Assembly: GCF_001194135.2 (NCBI RefSeq)
Contig: NC_068983.1
Span: forward strand, 1,607,360 to 1,650,126
Source: Octopus bimaculoides
Taxonomy: Eukaryota
Length of the DNA stretch: 42,767 nt
Direction: 5' to 3'
The first letter of the stretch is position 1. The number at the start of each line of letters is the position of its first letter. This document shows, piece by piece, positions 22,081-33,924 of this stretch. Below the pieces are notes generated by a model. That model was not told the DNA's origin, searched no databases, and was given only the letters and a program-made list of their open reading frames with translations. The position numbers were made by a program, and so were the translations under genes.

Positions 22081-23679
22081 TTGCTTCGTGATACGACCTC
22101 ACGTCAGGGCAAACATTCATTATTTACTGTTGTAGAAATCTATTTATGTTGTTTCATATATAATCACTGACAAAAAAAAATATTATGGACAACAATATGT
22201 CCTCTGCATGCTCCGATATTCAGTAAGTGATGATTTTATCGTGTGATAATTGAATAGTCTTTGTAATTGAAAAGCAAATCTTGTCAAAGGAAGATGAACT
22301 CCTGCCTTAAATGGATAAAGACACATCATACCAAGAACAACCACTGACCAGCCGCTGTGCCGACTTTAGAATCGGAATCTCTTGGCCTGTCCTAGCTCGC
22401 TGCCCTACCTTGCTTTTCATACTAAAAAGTGTGATAAAATTTATTCCTAAATTCAAGATTAGAACTTAAATCTCTTGCGAGCATTTCTCTCACATAATAT
22501 CAACACTTCCAGTGTGTAGCAGATCAAGCACTGCCCGGTTACAAAGGATCACTCTGGATATCCCCAAATATGAAACAGCAGAGAAATCATTAGTAGAATG
22601 GCCACGAATGAGTCTTGAGGCCTCCTAATGAAAGGTAGAACAGTGACAAAGAAAACATTCGCTCTCGGAGAGATTCATTGTTCTTCTAACAGTGAAATTT
22701 GACCTTGATGAACTTTGTGAGGCCAGTCTGCCAGAATGTAGGAATAACATGAATTTGGGATACAAGACCAGCGGATCGGAGGCACATGCGGTTGACCTAA
22801 ATTCGGTTAAATGACACGTTTATGATCAAATTAAACCAAGAGCTAACTGCTTTTAGTAACTAGATCAGGACGTTAGGGTTTTCACGAAAAATTAGTTCTT
22901 TATGACTTTGAAAAGTGCTTGCTCACTTTCAACAATCCATAACTCAATGGTTCATCCTGATGGTGCAAAAAGGCAAGTTTTACAATATACTACAAATAAT
23001 CATATGCCACATATTCCAGAGAATCGCGCAAAGTTGGTGTTAGTCACATTGCACTGAGATTGACGCAAGCAATTTTGTAATCTGAGGAGAGTGACTTCAT
23101 TATGATAACTCCTAGAAAGAAGAAAGAGCGCCCTGGATGTAACCACGCTCATTGAACCTACATCTTGACTGTATCCTAAATGGAACTGAACTGGAATGAT
23201 CTATACATTATACGGGTGATGAGGATGACAATGCGTAACACAAGATGTGGCGAAACGTTCCGTTCAACAATAAGCGTCAGACTAATCTACAAGCAGAACT
23301 TAAACGGACACCAAGAGAGGTTTTTCACTCAAAATAGGTCAAAATAGTTCTAAGCGGAAAAAGACAAACATTTGACCGGAAAACGTAACACCATACGCTA
23401 CGTATGTGTGAATGGATGACACATGGCTACAGGTATTCATTAGTCACAGCCAGGTCTGATCAAATGGTTCCAAGGGTGGTCGGCATCCTAAAATTATATT
23501 AGAATAATGGAGGAAACAAAGTCGTAAGGTGATAGTGAGACATCTTGTTTATTTGAAGTTTTCAAAGGATTTTGATTGAAATGAAATAAGATTAGAAACA
23601 GTGCGAGACGTGAGTACAAATCTGTGAGTAGCATAAAAAAGGTTCAGAAGAAAATAAGAGATGAAGAGGACGACAATGA

Positions 23680-23757
23680 CGATGATAATAATGATGATGA
23701 TGATGACGACGACGACGACGATGATGATGATGATGATGTTTGATGACGATGATGATG
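23680..23757. repeat. (GAT)n/(GAC)n microsatellite
   Basis: Direct inspection; the source of poly-M, poly-I and poly-H ORFs. Confidence 0.92.
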
Positions 23758-24546
23758 AGCAGCAGGAGAAGGAAGAGCACATTTTTCCAAAAGAGATGTA
23801 TGCTACCGTTGTTTTAATCTCGATTATGTTGGAAGCTGCCTTCATCAAAGGAAGGCCAATGTTACTTGTTCCAAGATTTTTCTTACTTTCCATTATTGTT
23901 GCACGATACGTGAGATACTTTTTTTCTTTTTGTTTCTTCCCTAATATAAGATATTCTCATTTATGTCTGCTTTATTGAATCTCAACATTGTTTGTTTCGT
24001 CAAATCCATCTTTTTACTCCCCCAAACTCTTACCCCCTTCATGTCTTTATACATCTTTCATAATTTCCCTATTGCGTATCTTTCAACATTCTTCTTCTTC
24101 ATTCTAGCAAACTTATTCTCTCGTACCTTAACAGTGATTATCTTTCAATTTCTTTCAAATTATTCCATAAAACTTCTTTATTTGTCTACCTATCCTCGTA
24201 TTGTTTGCCATTCTCTATTTTCCTGTTTTCTTTACTTCCGACTACAGCCGTCAATATCACTTCCTTCCCGAAAATAATACATATGTGAAACAAATCATGC
24301 TTTTCATTGATCTGTAGGTTAATAACGACAAAGAAACCCTAGAAATATTTCATCTCAGAACATTAAGTGCAATGCACTAGCAATTTTAAAGGAAGTCATT
24401 GTATACGGCAACTAGCAAGGCATCTACACACATCCATACCCATACAGACACAGACACTCACACACGTAATCATGCACATGCATATGTACATATGTACGCA
24501 CACAGACAAGTATATTTATTATATATATTGGAAAGAATACATACAT

Positions 24547-24619
<73 letters not shown>

Positions 24620-24631
24620 TAGATATAGGTA

Positions 24632-24716
24632 TTTATATAAGCTTAAATCTTATAGCGATCAACGTGCAATGACTAAGGAAAATAGTCAGGTGATGGGGAA
24701 TATAAGCCCTCGAGAG
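24632..24716 (+). repeat. Unclassified 85-bp dispersed repeat, copy 1 (copy 2 at 40818-40902)
   Basis: Gap-free alignment with 50/56 identity in the core and 68/85 overall (hand count). Confidence 0.8.
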
Positions 24717-25350
24717 TTCCTACACCTCATTTCTAGACTATTTTCCTTTGTTCATTTCTAATATTTCTGTGCTGAATATCTAATCTCCTAGTGATTATTA
24801 CCCCTCTTGCACAAATCAATATGTTAGTGTCTGCTATATTTTAGTATCTTTCCTACTGATAACAGAATCTACTGTCCGAGTTATTTCTTGCAGCTTTCTT
24901 CTGTTGGTACCCTTTGACGCTGGCAATCTTTTCCTTACTCCTTCGTGCACTACGTCCAGTAGCTCATCTAAAATCTTCCCGTTTTCCTCGCTTCAATCGC
25001 TCGTACTATTTGTCCCTTCCTTACTGGTAGTGCTATTACTATTGTTTCTTTAGACGACTCTTTGGTTTGAAATGTATCTCTTATTGTGCCGTTTGCATTT
25101 CCTACTGCCTAGTCTTTTTCCCCGGTTTTCTTGTGATCTCTTCTATCTCCACTTCTGTCATCCACTTTCTTCTCCTAATAGCATTAGCTTAATCTTGTAG
25201 TTTCTGCTCAGTCTCTTAAAAATATGCCCTTCAATATCCAGAATGTTAACATCCGCTTTCTATAACCTCTTCTTTTAGGTTCGCTTTCTATGTAGCACTG
25301 CATCACTATCCTGTTTTCTTCGCTTGTTCCCTTCCTCCTCCTTGCTCAAT
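24705..25350 (-). mobile_element. N-terminal ORF region of an R4/Dong-type retrotransposon, decayed
   Basis: EENRIVMQCYIESEPKRRGYRKRMLTFW...ANAIRRRKWMTEVEIEEI...KRLPASKGTNRRKLQE...DTNILIC...RRL matches the N-terminus typical of these elements (W..EEN..VM.CY..S.P..RGYRKRM). Confidence 0.7.
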
Positions 25351-25414
25351 TAGAAAAACAGTTGTGGTCAGTCTGCATCGTTACTGAACCACTGTCTGTT
25401 CTCTTCTTACAAGT

Positions 25415-26150
25415 TCTAACTGCACAATATCTGTCACGTGGTTTCTCTTAGTCATGGAGATGATTTTGAAAGCGTGGATTTTTTCAAAACAAATCGCCCA
25501 TGTACTATCACCTAAGAAGGCCATTTTGGATGATTTGACACTTCTATCAAAGGATAAGAAAATCATGTAGAGTACCCTCTAGAGACTAGACGAGCTTATG
25601 AAGTGATCAAGGATACGATTTAGAGCAAATAAGTCGCGCAGTCTAACATTTATTAAGGGAGCGCAAATAGAGTTTAAGTTTCAAATAGCTGAAGAAAGCA
25701 TTTCAACAGTCAGGGAAGAATCTGTCAAGAGCTTTGGGCTAGTATACGCTGGAACATTGCCAGATAGGAGTCGCAGGATAGAAATTATGAGACAAATCGT
25801 GGTTGGATTATCAGCGATTGATAACTCAAAGCTGCCAGGTAAGTATAAAATTTGGTGCTTGCAGTTCGCCCTGTATCCGTGACTTTCGTGGTCACTTTTA
25901 ATATTCGAGGTAGCATTGTCACGAGTTGAAATCATTGAACAAAAATGTTATGTGCTGATTAGAAAGTGGTTAGGCCTACCTCGGCTATTGAATAGTTCAG
26001 ATCTCTATCGTAAAAGAGGCTCGTTGCAGTTACCTCTGGCTTCAATAATCGAAATTTATAAATTAAGCAAGATACGAACGGTGATGACGCTGAGAGAGTC
26101 GAAGGCCATGGAAATCAGGCGTAACCCGCCAGCTGTAAACACAGCATATC
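25415..26150 (+). mobile_element. HERO-like (RLE-clade) non-LTR retrotransposon, RT C-terminal half, decayed
   Basis: One frame with several stops: CTISVTWFLLVMEMIL...KAILDDLTLL...RFRANKSRSL...IDNSKLPGKYKIWCLQFALYP*LSWSLLIFEV...RKWLGLPRLL...LYRKRGSLQLPL (cf. GCTISP.LF; AFMDDLT; F...KSRSL; LPG..K.W..Q; RKWLGLP). Confidence 0.8.
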
Positions 26151-26612
26151 GGACTTCTATGGCACATGTTGTGGGCTTTGTTTATTTTATTGTGTATTTA
26201 CTGTACGAGTTTATTCCAGTATAATTTTGGAGGAGTGTTGCATAGTAGTCTCTGTGTAAATCATAAATTATCCATTTCATGGTGCTCCTAGTTATCTGTT
26301 CATCTTTCTTTTTATTTATTTCTAATTCTTGGTTTTAGATCTGTTATTAGTTTGGGTAGTGACAATAAGAAATGATTCCATCTTAACCTCGCTTACTTGT
26401 TGACAGAACACCGCCCATGGACATACGTTCATCGTCCTTTCGTATTTATAATTATTATTGATGTATAAGCGAGAGACCGAGAAGAAAAAGCAATGCACAT
26501 ATATAGAGAGGATGTGTATAGATATGATGCGTGTGTGATTAAAACTTTACTCACAAGTCCGCAGTTTACATATATACGTATTTGTTTATATATTCATTTG
26601 TTNNNNNNNNNN

Positions 26613-26732
26613 CATATAAGAAAGATTCTAGTTTTCTCCATATTATTCTTGATGCATTTTGATATTGTTCCCAAGGACCCCACAATAATTGGCACTATAT
26701 CCACTTTGTTCATTTTCCTTAGCCAGGCTATT
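26613..26732 (-). mobile_element. Short 5'-truncated R4/Dong-type 3' ORF fragment adjoining (TAA)n
   Basis: AWLRKMNKVDIVPIIVGSLGTISKCIK (cf. ARLWKMKKMEIMPIIVGSLGALS at ~36830). It begins at the AAT/ATT tract 26733-26778 and ends at a 10-N gap. Confidence 0.7.
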
Positions 26733-26914
26733 ATTATTATAATTATAATAATAATAATAATTATTATTATTATTATTATGTGTGTAGGATTTATTTGATT
26801 CAAGGTTGTTGAATATCATGGACACAAAATTAGGGTCGAGGAGAGCCTATCCCTGTCTATACCATATCCAGACATTGCCATATATATCAATACACATACG
26901 GGCATATTCATACA

Positions 26915-27288
26915 TTTACATTACTTGTCTTGGCCCTCCGTCGGTTGCGACGACGAGGCTTCCAGTTGATCCGAACAACGGCACAGCCTGCTCGTGAAAT
27001 TTACGTTCAAATGGCTGAATACTCCACAGACACGTGTACCCTTAACGTAGTTCTCGGGGAGATTCGGCGTGACACAGAGTGTGACAAGGCTGGCCCTTTG
27101 ACATCCAGGTACAACAGAAACAGGAAGAAAGATGAAGAGAAAATTGTTGTGAAAGAGTACACCAGGGTTCGCCACCATGGAGCCTCGTGAAGCTTTAGGT
27201 AATTTTTCTCAACGCCCGGTCTTGGATTCGAAAGTGCGATCCTACGACCGCGTGTCCGCTGCCTTAACCACTGGGCCATTGCGCCTCC
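26915..27288 (-). mobile_element. Near-full-length tRNA-derived SINE (~370 bp)
   Basis: Head GGAGGCGCAATGGCCCAGTGGTTAAGGC with A-box TGGCCCAGTGG (27268-27278) and B-box-like TTTCGAATCC (27224-27233), a GC-rich body and a simple-repeat tail. Confidence 0.85.
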
Positions 27289-27815
27289 GCTCATACACTT
27301 GTACCTGAGCGCATCAATATATATGTAACATATGAACGTGCATCAATATTCTTAACTGTTATTTATTATTTACTAATTTATTGAAATTCATCCAAAATTT
27401 TTCTTTTAAATAATTTCCTTATTTGACCAAATTGATTATGAACATGATCGGCCAGAGTTAAACATAAATAGCCAACGGTCACACACGAAGTGTTATATCG
27501 GTGGTTATCATTTCACGGAGAACCCTTTGCCCATTTTTTCATATTATGTAGAGTCGTTACGTAATAATAAAATTGTCTCAGAAGACACGAAAACTCGAGG
27601 AACTACCAATGTATCATTAATAGATTGTATTGATTTGCTTACAAACCCACACGCACACATCCTTATATGCACAAGCTGAAACACACATAAGACTGACACA
27701 CAGACACAAAGAATATATCTATATATTTATATGCATACATACATGCACACACACACACAGATATGGGTATATGTATATGTATGTATATATGTGTATCGCT
27801 CTCTCTCTCTATTTC

Positions 27816-27847
<32 letters not shown>

Positions 27848-28934
27848 GAAAGAGAGAGGGAGGGAGAGTGAAAGAGAGAGAGAGGGGAGAGAGGGTGGGA
27901 GATAGTGATACAGTGGATGAAGGAATATGATTCCATCTTTTGAAGGTAAATGAAATTTTGAAACCTTAAAAATGTATTTTATTTATAACCAACAAGTATT
28001 TTAGTAAATTGTTTTTGTAATATGACGTGAGTTACTTCCGCTGTGTTAAAATGAAATATAGGTTTAACCGTTAGCACATCCACTGGCTGTATTCAAACTT
28101 CTTAGGACGTTATGAGTTCAAACTTGGCTAATTTCGTTTAATTATATTTTGATTCCCAAAAGACCCGTTCCTTTTGCTTTCATGTTACTAATATTCTTTG
28201 ATATTTCGCTAATATTTTTTGAAGAGGGCACATGCAAGAATGTATGCTATACACAAAGGAACACTCACGCACGCAGGTCTATTTTAAAGTTTGCCCTCAG
28301 CTATTCTCTTAACAGACCAAATAGCGAATTACTCACAACGTAATCCCAACACACACGCATTCATCCTTCCAAATCCGCACCGACCTCCTCTAGTACAGCC
28401 TTTTCAGTTCACTGTCATCTTTATACATACATCACGGACAGACGAACAGACAAATGTACATGCACGTGCAGAAACACAAGCACATTATACACACGTACAC
28501 TAACAAACACACCCACACCTACACCCACACATACAACCACAGAAATACACACCCGCAAATGTAGGTGCACACACGTTAATGCCGTGCACTTATGGCAAAC
28601 TTCAACTGATGCAAAGAAATATATTGATTTCTGAAGCGGGCTGAGGGTGACACATGTCTTGGATGGGCGTGGCGAAATAAGTCAAGTACATTTGCGTATT
28701 ACTGACTTTCTCCAGGAAAATCTGTTAAACAGCTGTTGGATTCGAACCGTTAAATTTCAGGTTTAGTTTTCCCAAGTGATTTTCGAAGGATTTCCCTTCA
28801 TTATTCTGTTAATGCTAATATTTATTAATACTAATTAAACAGACTTAAACAGTGTAATTATTATGATTCAAGGCAACATGAAATAGTCACATGGATATAT
28901 TGATCTTTTGAATTCCCGAAATACATGGCATGTT

Positions 28935-29106
28935 ACAGACACATGCACACATTCACGCACGTACACACATTGACACACTCACCAACTAAAACGCACACGA
29001 GATAAGCGCGAGCGCGCACACACACACACGTATATAAGCACACGCACATATATACATATATACGTATATATGTATATGTGTGTGTGTTTGTATATATGTA
29101 TATAAG

Positions 29107-29143
<37 letters not shown>

Positions 29144-29169
29144 CTATATATATATACATATATAGACAC

Positions 29170-29252
<83 letters not shown>

Positions 29253-29340
29253 CACTCATGCATAGTCAAGCAGCCACAGGCGCAAATCACACACGCACGC
29301 ACACGCACACACACACATATACACACACACAGACGCATAC
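28935..29340. repeat. (CA)n/(TA)n compound microsatellite
   Basis: Direct inspection; the long TA run spans ~29110-29250. Confidence 0.93.
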
Positions 29341-29579
29341 AAGAACATGCTAGAACAGCGTTAAATAGGTTCCTTAGCGTTGTCAACCAAATAGAAACAC
29401 TTGCACGGTGACGCACATGTTTCCGCACTTTTATGAAACGCATATCGATATAGTCATGTGGCCTCTTCAGATGCCACATCTGCTAAGAAATGTGCGTGGT
29501 ATCACTCTATGGATGTAGCTGTCTACTAGATTCTTCGGAACCGTAAAGCGCAACAGATCTACATCGACCTACACACATC

Positions 29580-29622
29580 CGCCTACACACACACACACAC
29601 ATCCACACACACATACCAATAA

Positions 29623-29700
<78 letters not shown>

Positions 29701-29825
29701 TCATATATATTTTATAATTATATATATACATTCATATATATATATATATATTATATATATATATATACACAAACACATTCATGAATATGTGTGTGTATGT
29801 ATATATACATATATACGCACGCACG
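29580..29825. repeat. (CA)n/(TA)n compound microsatellite
   Basis: Direct inspection. Confidence 0.92.
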
Positions 29826-30093
29826 TGCACCCACATACGTAGAGCACACTGTCTTCTCTGAGACATGTAACTCCGCCTTCCAACTTTTTGTTTTCTTACA
29901 AAATCGTATTTGTCTTCATTTTAGACTTCTTATTTTTTATTCTCCCTTTCCGTCGGCAAAAAAACCTTCGTGACAACCTGAACGACGACAACAAAACCAT
30001 TTCAAGAGAGAACTGCCGCAAAGTCAGCCCTTCCCCACACACTCGATCTTCCCCCCATCCAACTATCCGAATAAATAAGTAAATAAATAAATA

Positions 30094-30250
30094 GGAGCAG
30101 GCGTGATAAGAAATTGATTTCCAACCACATAGTTGCAGGTTCAGTCCCACTGCATGGCGACTTTGGCAACTATTTCCTACATTAGCTTTAGGCTGATCAA
30201 AGTCTTATGAATAGATTTGGTAAACAGAAACTAAAAGAAGCCCGTCATAT
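30094..30250 (+). mobile_element. tRNA-derived SINE 5' half
   Basis: B-box-like GGTTCAGTCCCACTGCA; homologous to the inverted copies at 7752-7919 and 18005-18144; runs into (GT)n. Confidence 0.7.
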
Positions 30251-30368
30251 ATGTGTGTGTGTGTGTTTATGTGTTTGTGTATGTGTGCGTGAATAATCAT
30301 CCTTAAAAAAAACATTCAACCATTTTTTTCTCAATAGAAAAATATTTTTGATAATAGCCAAGCACGCA

Positions 30369-30402
<34 letters not shown>

Positions 30403-30752
30403 TGGCTAAACCACGAATAAACAGCTTCCCATTCAATTGAAAAGACGTTTTGTAAATTAAACACTTGGACCCACTCGAAACCTTCACAGACAAAACATTT
30501 ATAAGAGACAACTAAAGCAAAACTTCATTAAGATTTCAAATTTAGGTACAAGCTGTTAAGCCCCACAGAAGATGTTTTTTTTTCTTTCTGACTCCCCTTA
30601 AAATTCATTCTAATATTTCTAATATTTGATAAAATGGATACATCGAAGCCTGTAATATTTTATTAAACATTCTCTAGAATATGTTACAGTGCCTTTTACA
30701 TTATTTATTTTATGTAAAAATAATCTTTTGTTTGTAAGAACGTCTAACCACT

Positions 30753-30756
<4 letters not shown>

Positions 30757-30829
<73 letters not shown>
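30757..30829. repeat. (TA)n microsatellite
   Basis: Direct inspection; its end creates the ATG of ORF 30829. Confidence 0.97.
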
Positions 30830-30834
<5 letters not shown>

Positions 30835-31760
30835 GTGAAAGGCCTTCCAAAATTATTCTCCAAATCATCAATAAAGTTAGCGTACTCGGTTACTCCCAAT
30901 CTGGGGTCAATTAACGCTTCAATAAATATGTATAAAATAAGATACCATAATGATAGAACTAATAACAATGATCATGATAACAGTAATAATAATAATAACA
31001 ATAGTATTGATGGGAATATCAAATCTAATAATGTGAATCTCATAAATGGCACCATTAATGCTAGTAACAGAATTAGGGAACGTTGTCAAATGGAACACGA
31101 AAGTCGTCCACGAAATACAAACGGTGATCTGAATAATGGTATGAAGGATGGTGTTAATGATGATAGAGATGATGGTAGTGATGATGACAATGATGGTAGT
31201 GTTAGTAAAACAGATAATCCAAATGCAGTCTTAGACGGAAGTACAATCAATTCCATCGGTCCTGACAATGGGGGGTTCGGAGAAAGTGGTAGGATAAGGA
31301 ATGCTACCAGTAAATCCAAAAAAGGACAAGGTAAGTGACCCTTTAAAATGTCCGATTCGTGGAAATTGTTGTGGAAATAATGTAATCTATAAATGTAGCG
31401 TACAAATCCATAATGGCCAAATGGTAGCTCGACGGGTTTTAAGCAAAGGTATAGAAGCCACCTTAGTTCTTTTAAAAATCCAAAATATAGGACATCCACC
31501 ACATTAGCAGCATTCATAAATGACCTTAGCGAAACAAGTATAGAGTTATCTTGGTCCATCTTAGCTCATGCCTCTCCATTTAGAAATGCATCCACTAAAT
31601 GTGGATTATACATCAGGGAGGCATACTTTATTTTGAAATATTTTAATCATGCCATGTTGAATAAATTTACTGATGCAATTCCGGCTTGCACGCATAAGAT
31701 CAACTCGACATTTTTGAGGAAGTTTAAAAATAAAAAAAATAAGAATAAGAATTAGAGTAT
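30830..31760 (+). mobile_element. Penelope-like element 3' part (linker plus GIY-YIG) with an Asn/Asp-rich low-complexity insert, decayed
   Basis: LPKLFSKSSIKLAYSVTPNLGSI (cf. L.KIF....IK.SYS..PN...I), DPLKCPIRGNCCGNNVIYKC, then FKQRYRSHLSSFKNPKYRTSTTLAAFI...WSILAHASPF...KCGL..REAYFIL...MLNK...IPACTHK. Confidence 0.8.
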
Positions 31761-32195
31761 TAATAATGAAAAGGTGTAATACGAAATTGAAATAATAATT
31801 TATAATCTAAAATTTAAAATTTGTAATATAAAGTTTAAAATATAATTCAAAATTATACAATAATTAATGAAGTAAATACTAGTAGATGTTATATTACATA
31901 GCAAGGATGTAATTGGTATGATTTGAACTAGGGATGGCTAGTTTTGGATAAGCATGGGAATCGAATTAAAAATACAATAAAAATACCATAATGGACTGGT
32001 CTGAATTAGACTTTGCAAAGGCCTTTAACTGGGTATACTTATTTATCCTAATGGGTTTATATGCATAACTATTATTTCTTTATTTGGCACTACGGCCACC
32101 ACACAGAGGGGGCACTACAAGGACAGACCACAATGGGGTCAAAAGCATAAAACGAATGAGAATGAGATGTTATATAAAAATTTAAAAAATGAAAC

Positions 32196-32228
32196 GGTAC
32201 TGCATGGGCCTCATTCCCATGCAGTACC
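32196..32228. other. Perfect 13-bp hairpin GGTACTGCATGGG-CCTCATT-CCCATGCAGTACC
   Basis: Arms 32196-32208 and 32216-32228 are exact reverse complements; three more A-T pairs follow a C/A mismatch. Confidence 0.95.
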
Positions 32229-32383
32229 ATTTGAACGTTTATATACACTATTTACAATCGATCAATTTTTTTTTTCTTAATCATCTTTTTTCTTCCACGA
32301 AACACTTTTTGTTTCGCTTTTTTTTTTTTTCAACAAAACAATTTTACTTTTTTTTTCTCTCTTTAAGACCTCATGAAAGGCTC

Positions 32384-32797
32384 TCAGTCTTTTAGCCCAA
32401 CTGGTGGCGGATATTCGATTTCCACCAACACTCCGGGCGGGTCAATCCCGTCTTCACCTCTGTCTTTCAGTCTCTGGTATGCGTCTTTGTCGACCACAAT
32501 GGCCTTCACGTTTTCGGAATATATACCCGTGAGTAACCTCACTCTTATGATATGCTTGAATTTAAAAACTTTTCTTTCCGTCTCTTTGTTTTTTGTATAT
32601 GTTACGAAATTCCATTTATTTTTTCCTCTTCTTGGTTTTCTTTTTTCTTCTTCCACTTTTGGTAATTTTTCCTTTTCAACTCCGAACAATCTCTCCATTT
32701 CACCCTCGTACAGTTGCACTCCTGAATCTTTTTCCTTCGCTGGCATAACCGACGTCTTTAACACTGTTTCCACCTTCTGTAACTCCTTCTCGGACAC
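32384..32797 (-). CDS. Unassigned 137-codon ORF (K/E-rich; basic patch KRKPRRGKNK), function unknown, possibly a pseudogenised viral or TE gene
   Basis: Uninterrupted, non-repetitive, protein-like frame in an AT-rich context. It starts at GTG, but an ATG at 32821-32823 would be in frame if one A were added to an A5 run (MYIKKLIGKVSEKELQ...). No recognised motif. Confidence 0.4.
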   Translation of the reverse strand: MSEKELQKVETVLKTSVMPAKEKDSGVQLYEGEMERLFGVEKEKLPKVEEEKRKPRRGKNKWNFVTYTKNKETERKVFKFKHIIRVRLLTGIYSENVKAIVVDKDAYQRLKDRGEDGIDPPGVLVEIEYPPPVGLKD

Positions 32798-32845
32798 TTT
32801 TCCAATTAATTTTTAATATACATAACTATTATATAAAGGGAATAA

Positions 32846-33055
32846 CTATAATGTCAAAGATTTTTCGAATTGTGGCTGGAACGTGATTATTTGAGTTGTC
32901 CATTTTTGTATTGTCTTCATGGTGTCTTTCGTGTCGTGGAGCATCCTGATGAGCGGAGTGTCCGGTTCCTTTAAAATATGAAATTCATGTCGATAAAACT
33001 TTTGATTCCATTGAATAGTGTCTCTAATGTTAAGGCTGTAAAATATACTTTCCAC
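32846..33055 (-). CDS. Unassigned 69-codon ORF in tandem with the 137-codon ORF
   Basis: Non-repetitive frame ending 48 bp upstream of the GTG of the next ORF. A protein-like frame continues upstream to ~33170 after an apparent frameshift. Confidence 0.25.
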   Translation of the reverse strand: MESIFYSLNIRDTIQWNQKFYRHEFHILKEPDTPLIRMLHDTKDTMKTIQKWTTQIITFQPQFEKSLTL

Positions 33056-33244
33056 ACGCTTTGTGTTCTAACTTGAAATCTTTAGTCCTTATAACACATC
33101 CTATGAACTTATAATTTACCATATCCTATTTCATATCGACGTCTTCTATTTTAAAATACCTATGTATTTATAAATGTTGTTTTTTTTTTTTTATATTTTT
33201 AAATATCTAAGTGGTTTTAAATATTCTATGTGCTTCTATTCTGA

Positions 33245-33417
33245 GTGCCCGCCCCCCACCATTCAGTGATGGTGTGTTTATGTCTCTCGTAACTTAACGT
33301 TTAAGCAAAGTGAACGAAAGAGTACGTGGTAAACATAAAATGAGTACTAGGGTCGGTTCATTCAACTAAATGCCCCAGCACGGCCGCAGTCTAGAGACTG
33401 AAACAAGTCAAAGATAC
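33245..33417 (+). mobile_element. SINE 3' half (LINE-related tail)
   Basis: Homologous to 4265-4485; ends TGCCCCAGCACGGCCGCAGTCTAGAGACTGAAACAAG. Confidence 0.65.
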
Positions 33418-33741
33418 GAGTTACAAGCAATTAAAATAAAAAAAAAAGACAAAAAGCCAACGTGCGTTGATTGCTAAGCAGAAAGAGAGGCGAGATATTA
33501 AGATATACTAAAGTTGCAGTGTTCCGAGTAAAAATCAGTTTCAATGTTTGAAATGGGTCTTTATTGACCCCAGAACCAAGTTCTCGGTTAGTAATAGTGA
33601 ATAAAGCAACATATTTGAGTCGATATATTTTTAATTAAATATATCGTACATTAGTTCTTAGAAGGGGTAACTCCCTATCATACGTGTATTTGAAATATAT
33701 ATCACATAACAACGAATTGATATTACGAAATATGAAATACA

Positions 33742-33800
33742 CCGTATTTCATGGTATTAAAGTCGCTCCAACATTTTAGACGCATCCTATTTTCAGCAGC
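33742..33800 (+). mobile_element. Possible pogo/Tigger-type terminal inverted repeat remnant
   Basis: CCGTATTTC...TAAAGTCGCTCC...TTAGACGCATCC resembles pogo-type ends with two binding repeats. No convincing partner TIR was found. Confidence 0.33.
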
Positions 33801-33924
33801 TTATACCTAGGACAAAACGTTTCTACCGCATTAACGCAGCAAATTTGCATATGGCACCCAGAGTGATATTTTGTGACAGGTTTTTAAAAGAAACATGTAT
33901 GACTCGTCTCCCATCAAATAAGGT

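Noticed and set aside
22480-22700. LINE apurinic endonuclease start (IRGHSTNDFSAV, minus strand; cf. NIRGLRTN)
   Set aside because: A single short motif with no supporting downstream motifs is too weak to call.
23215-23260. Hammerhead-like GTGATGAG...CGAAAC
   Set aside because: The core has a mismatch and no stem II can form.
32196-32228. Rho-independent terminator or Helitron 3' end
   Set aside because: The context is eukaryotic, there is no adjacent U-tract, and no CTRR lies about 10-15 nt downstream on either strand.
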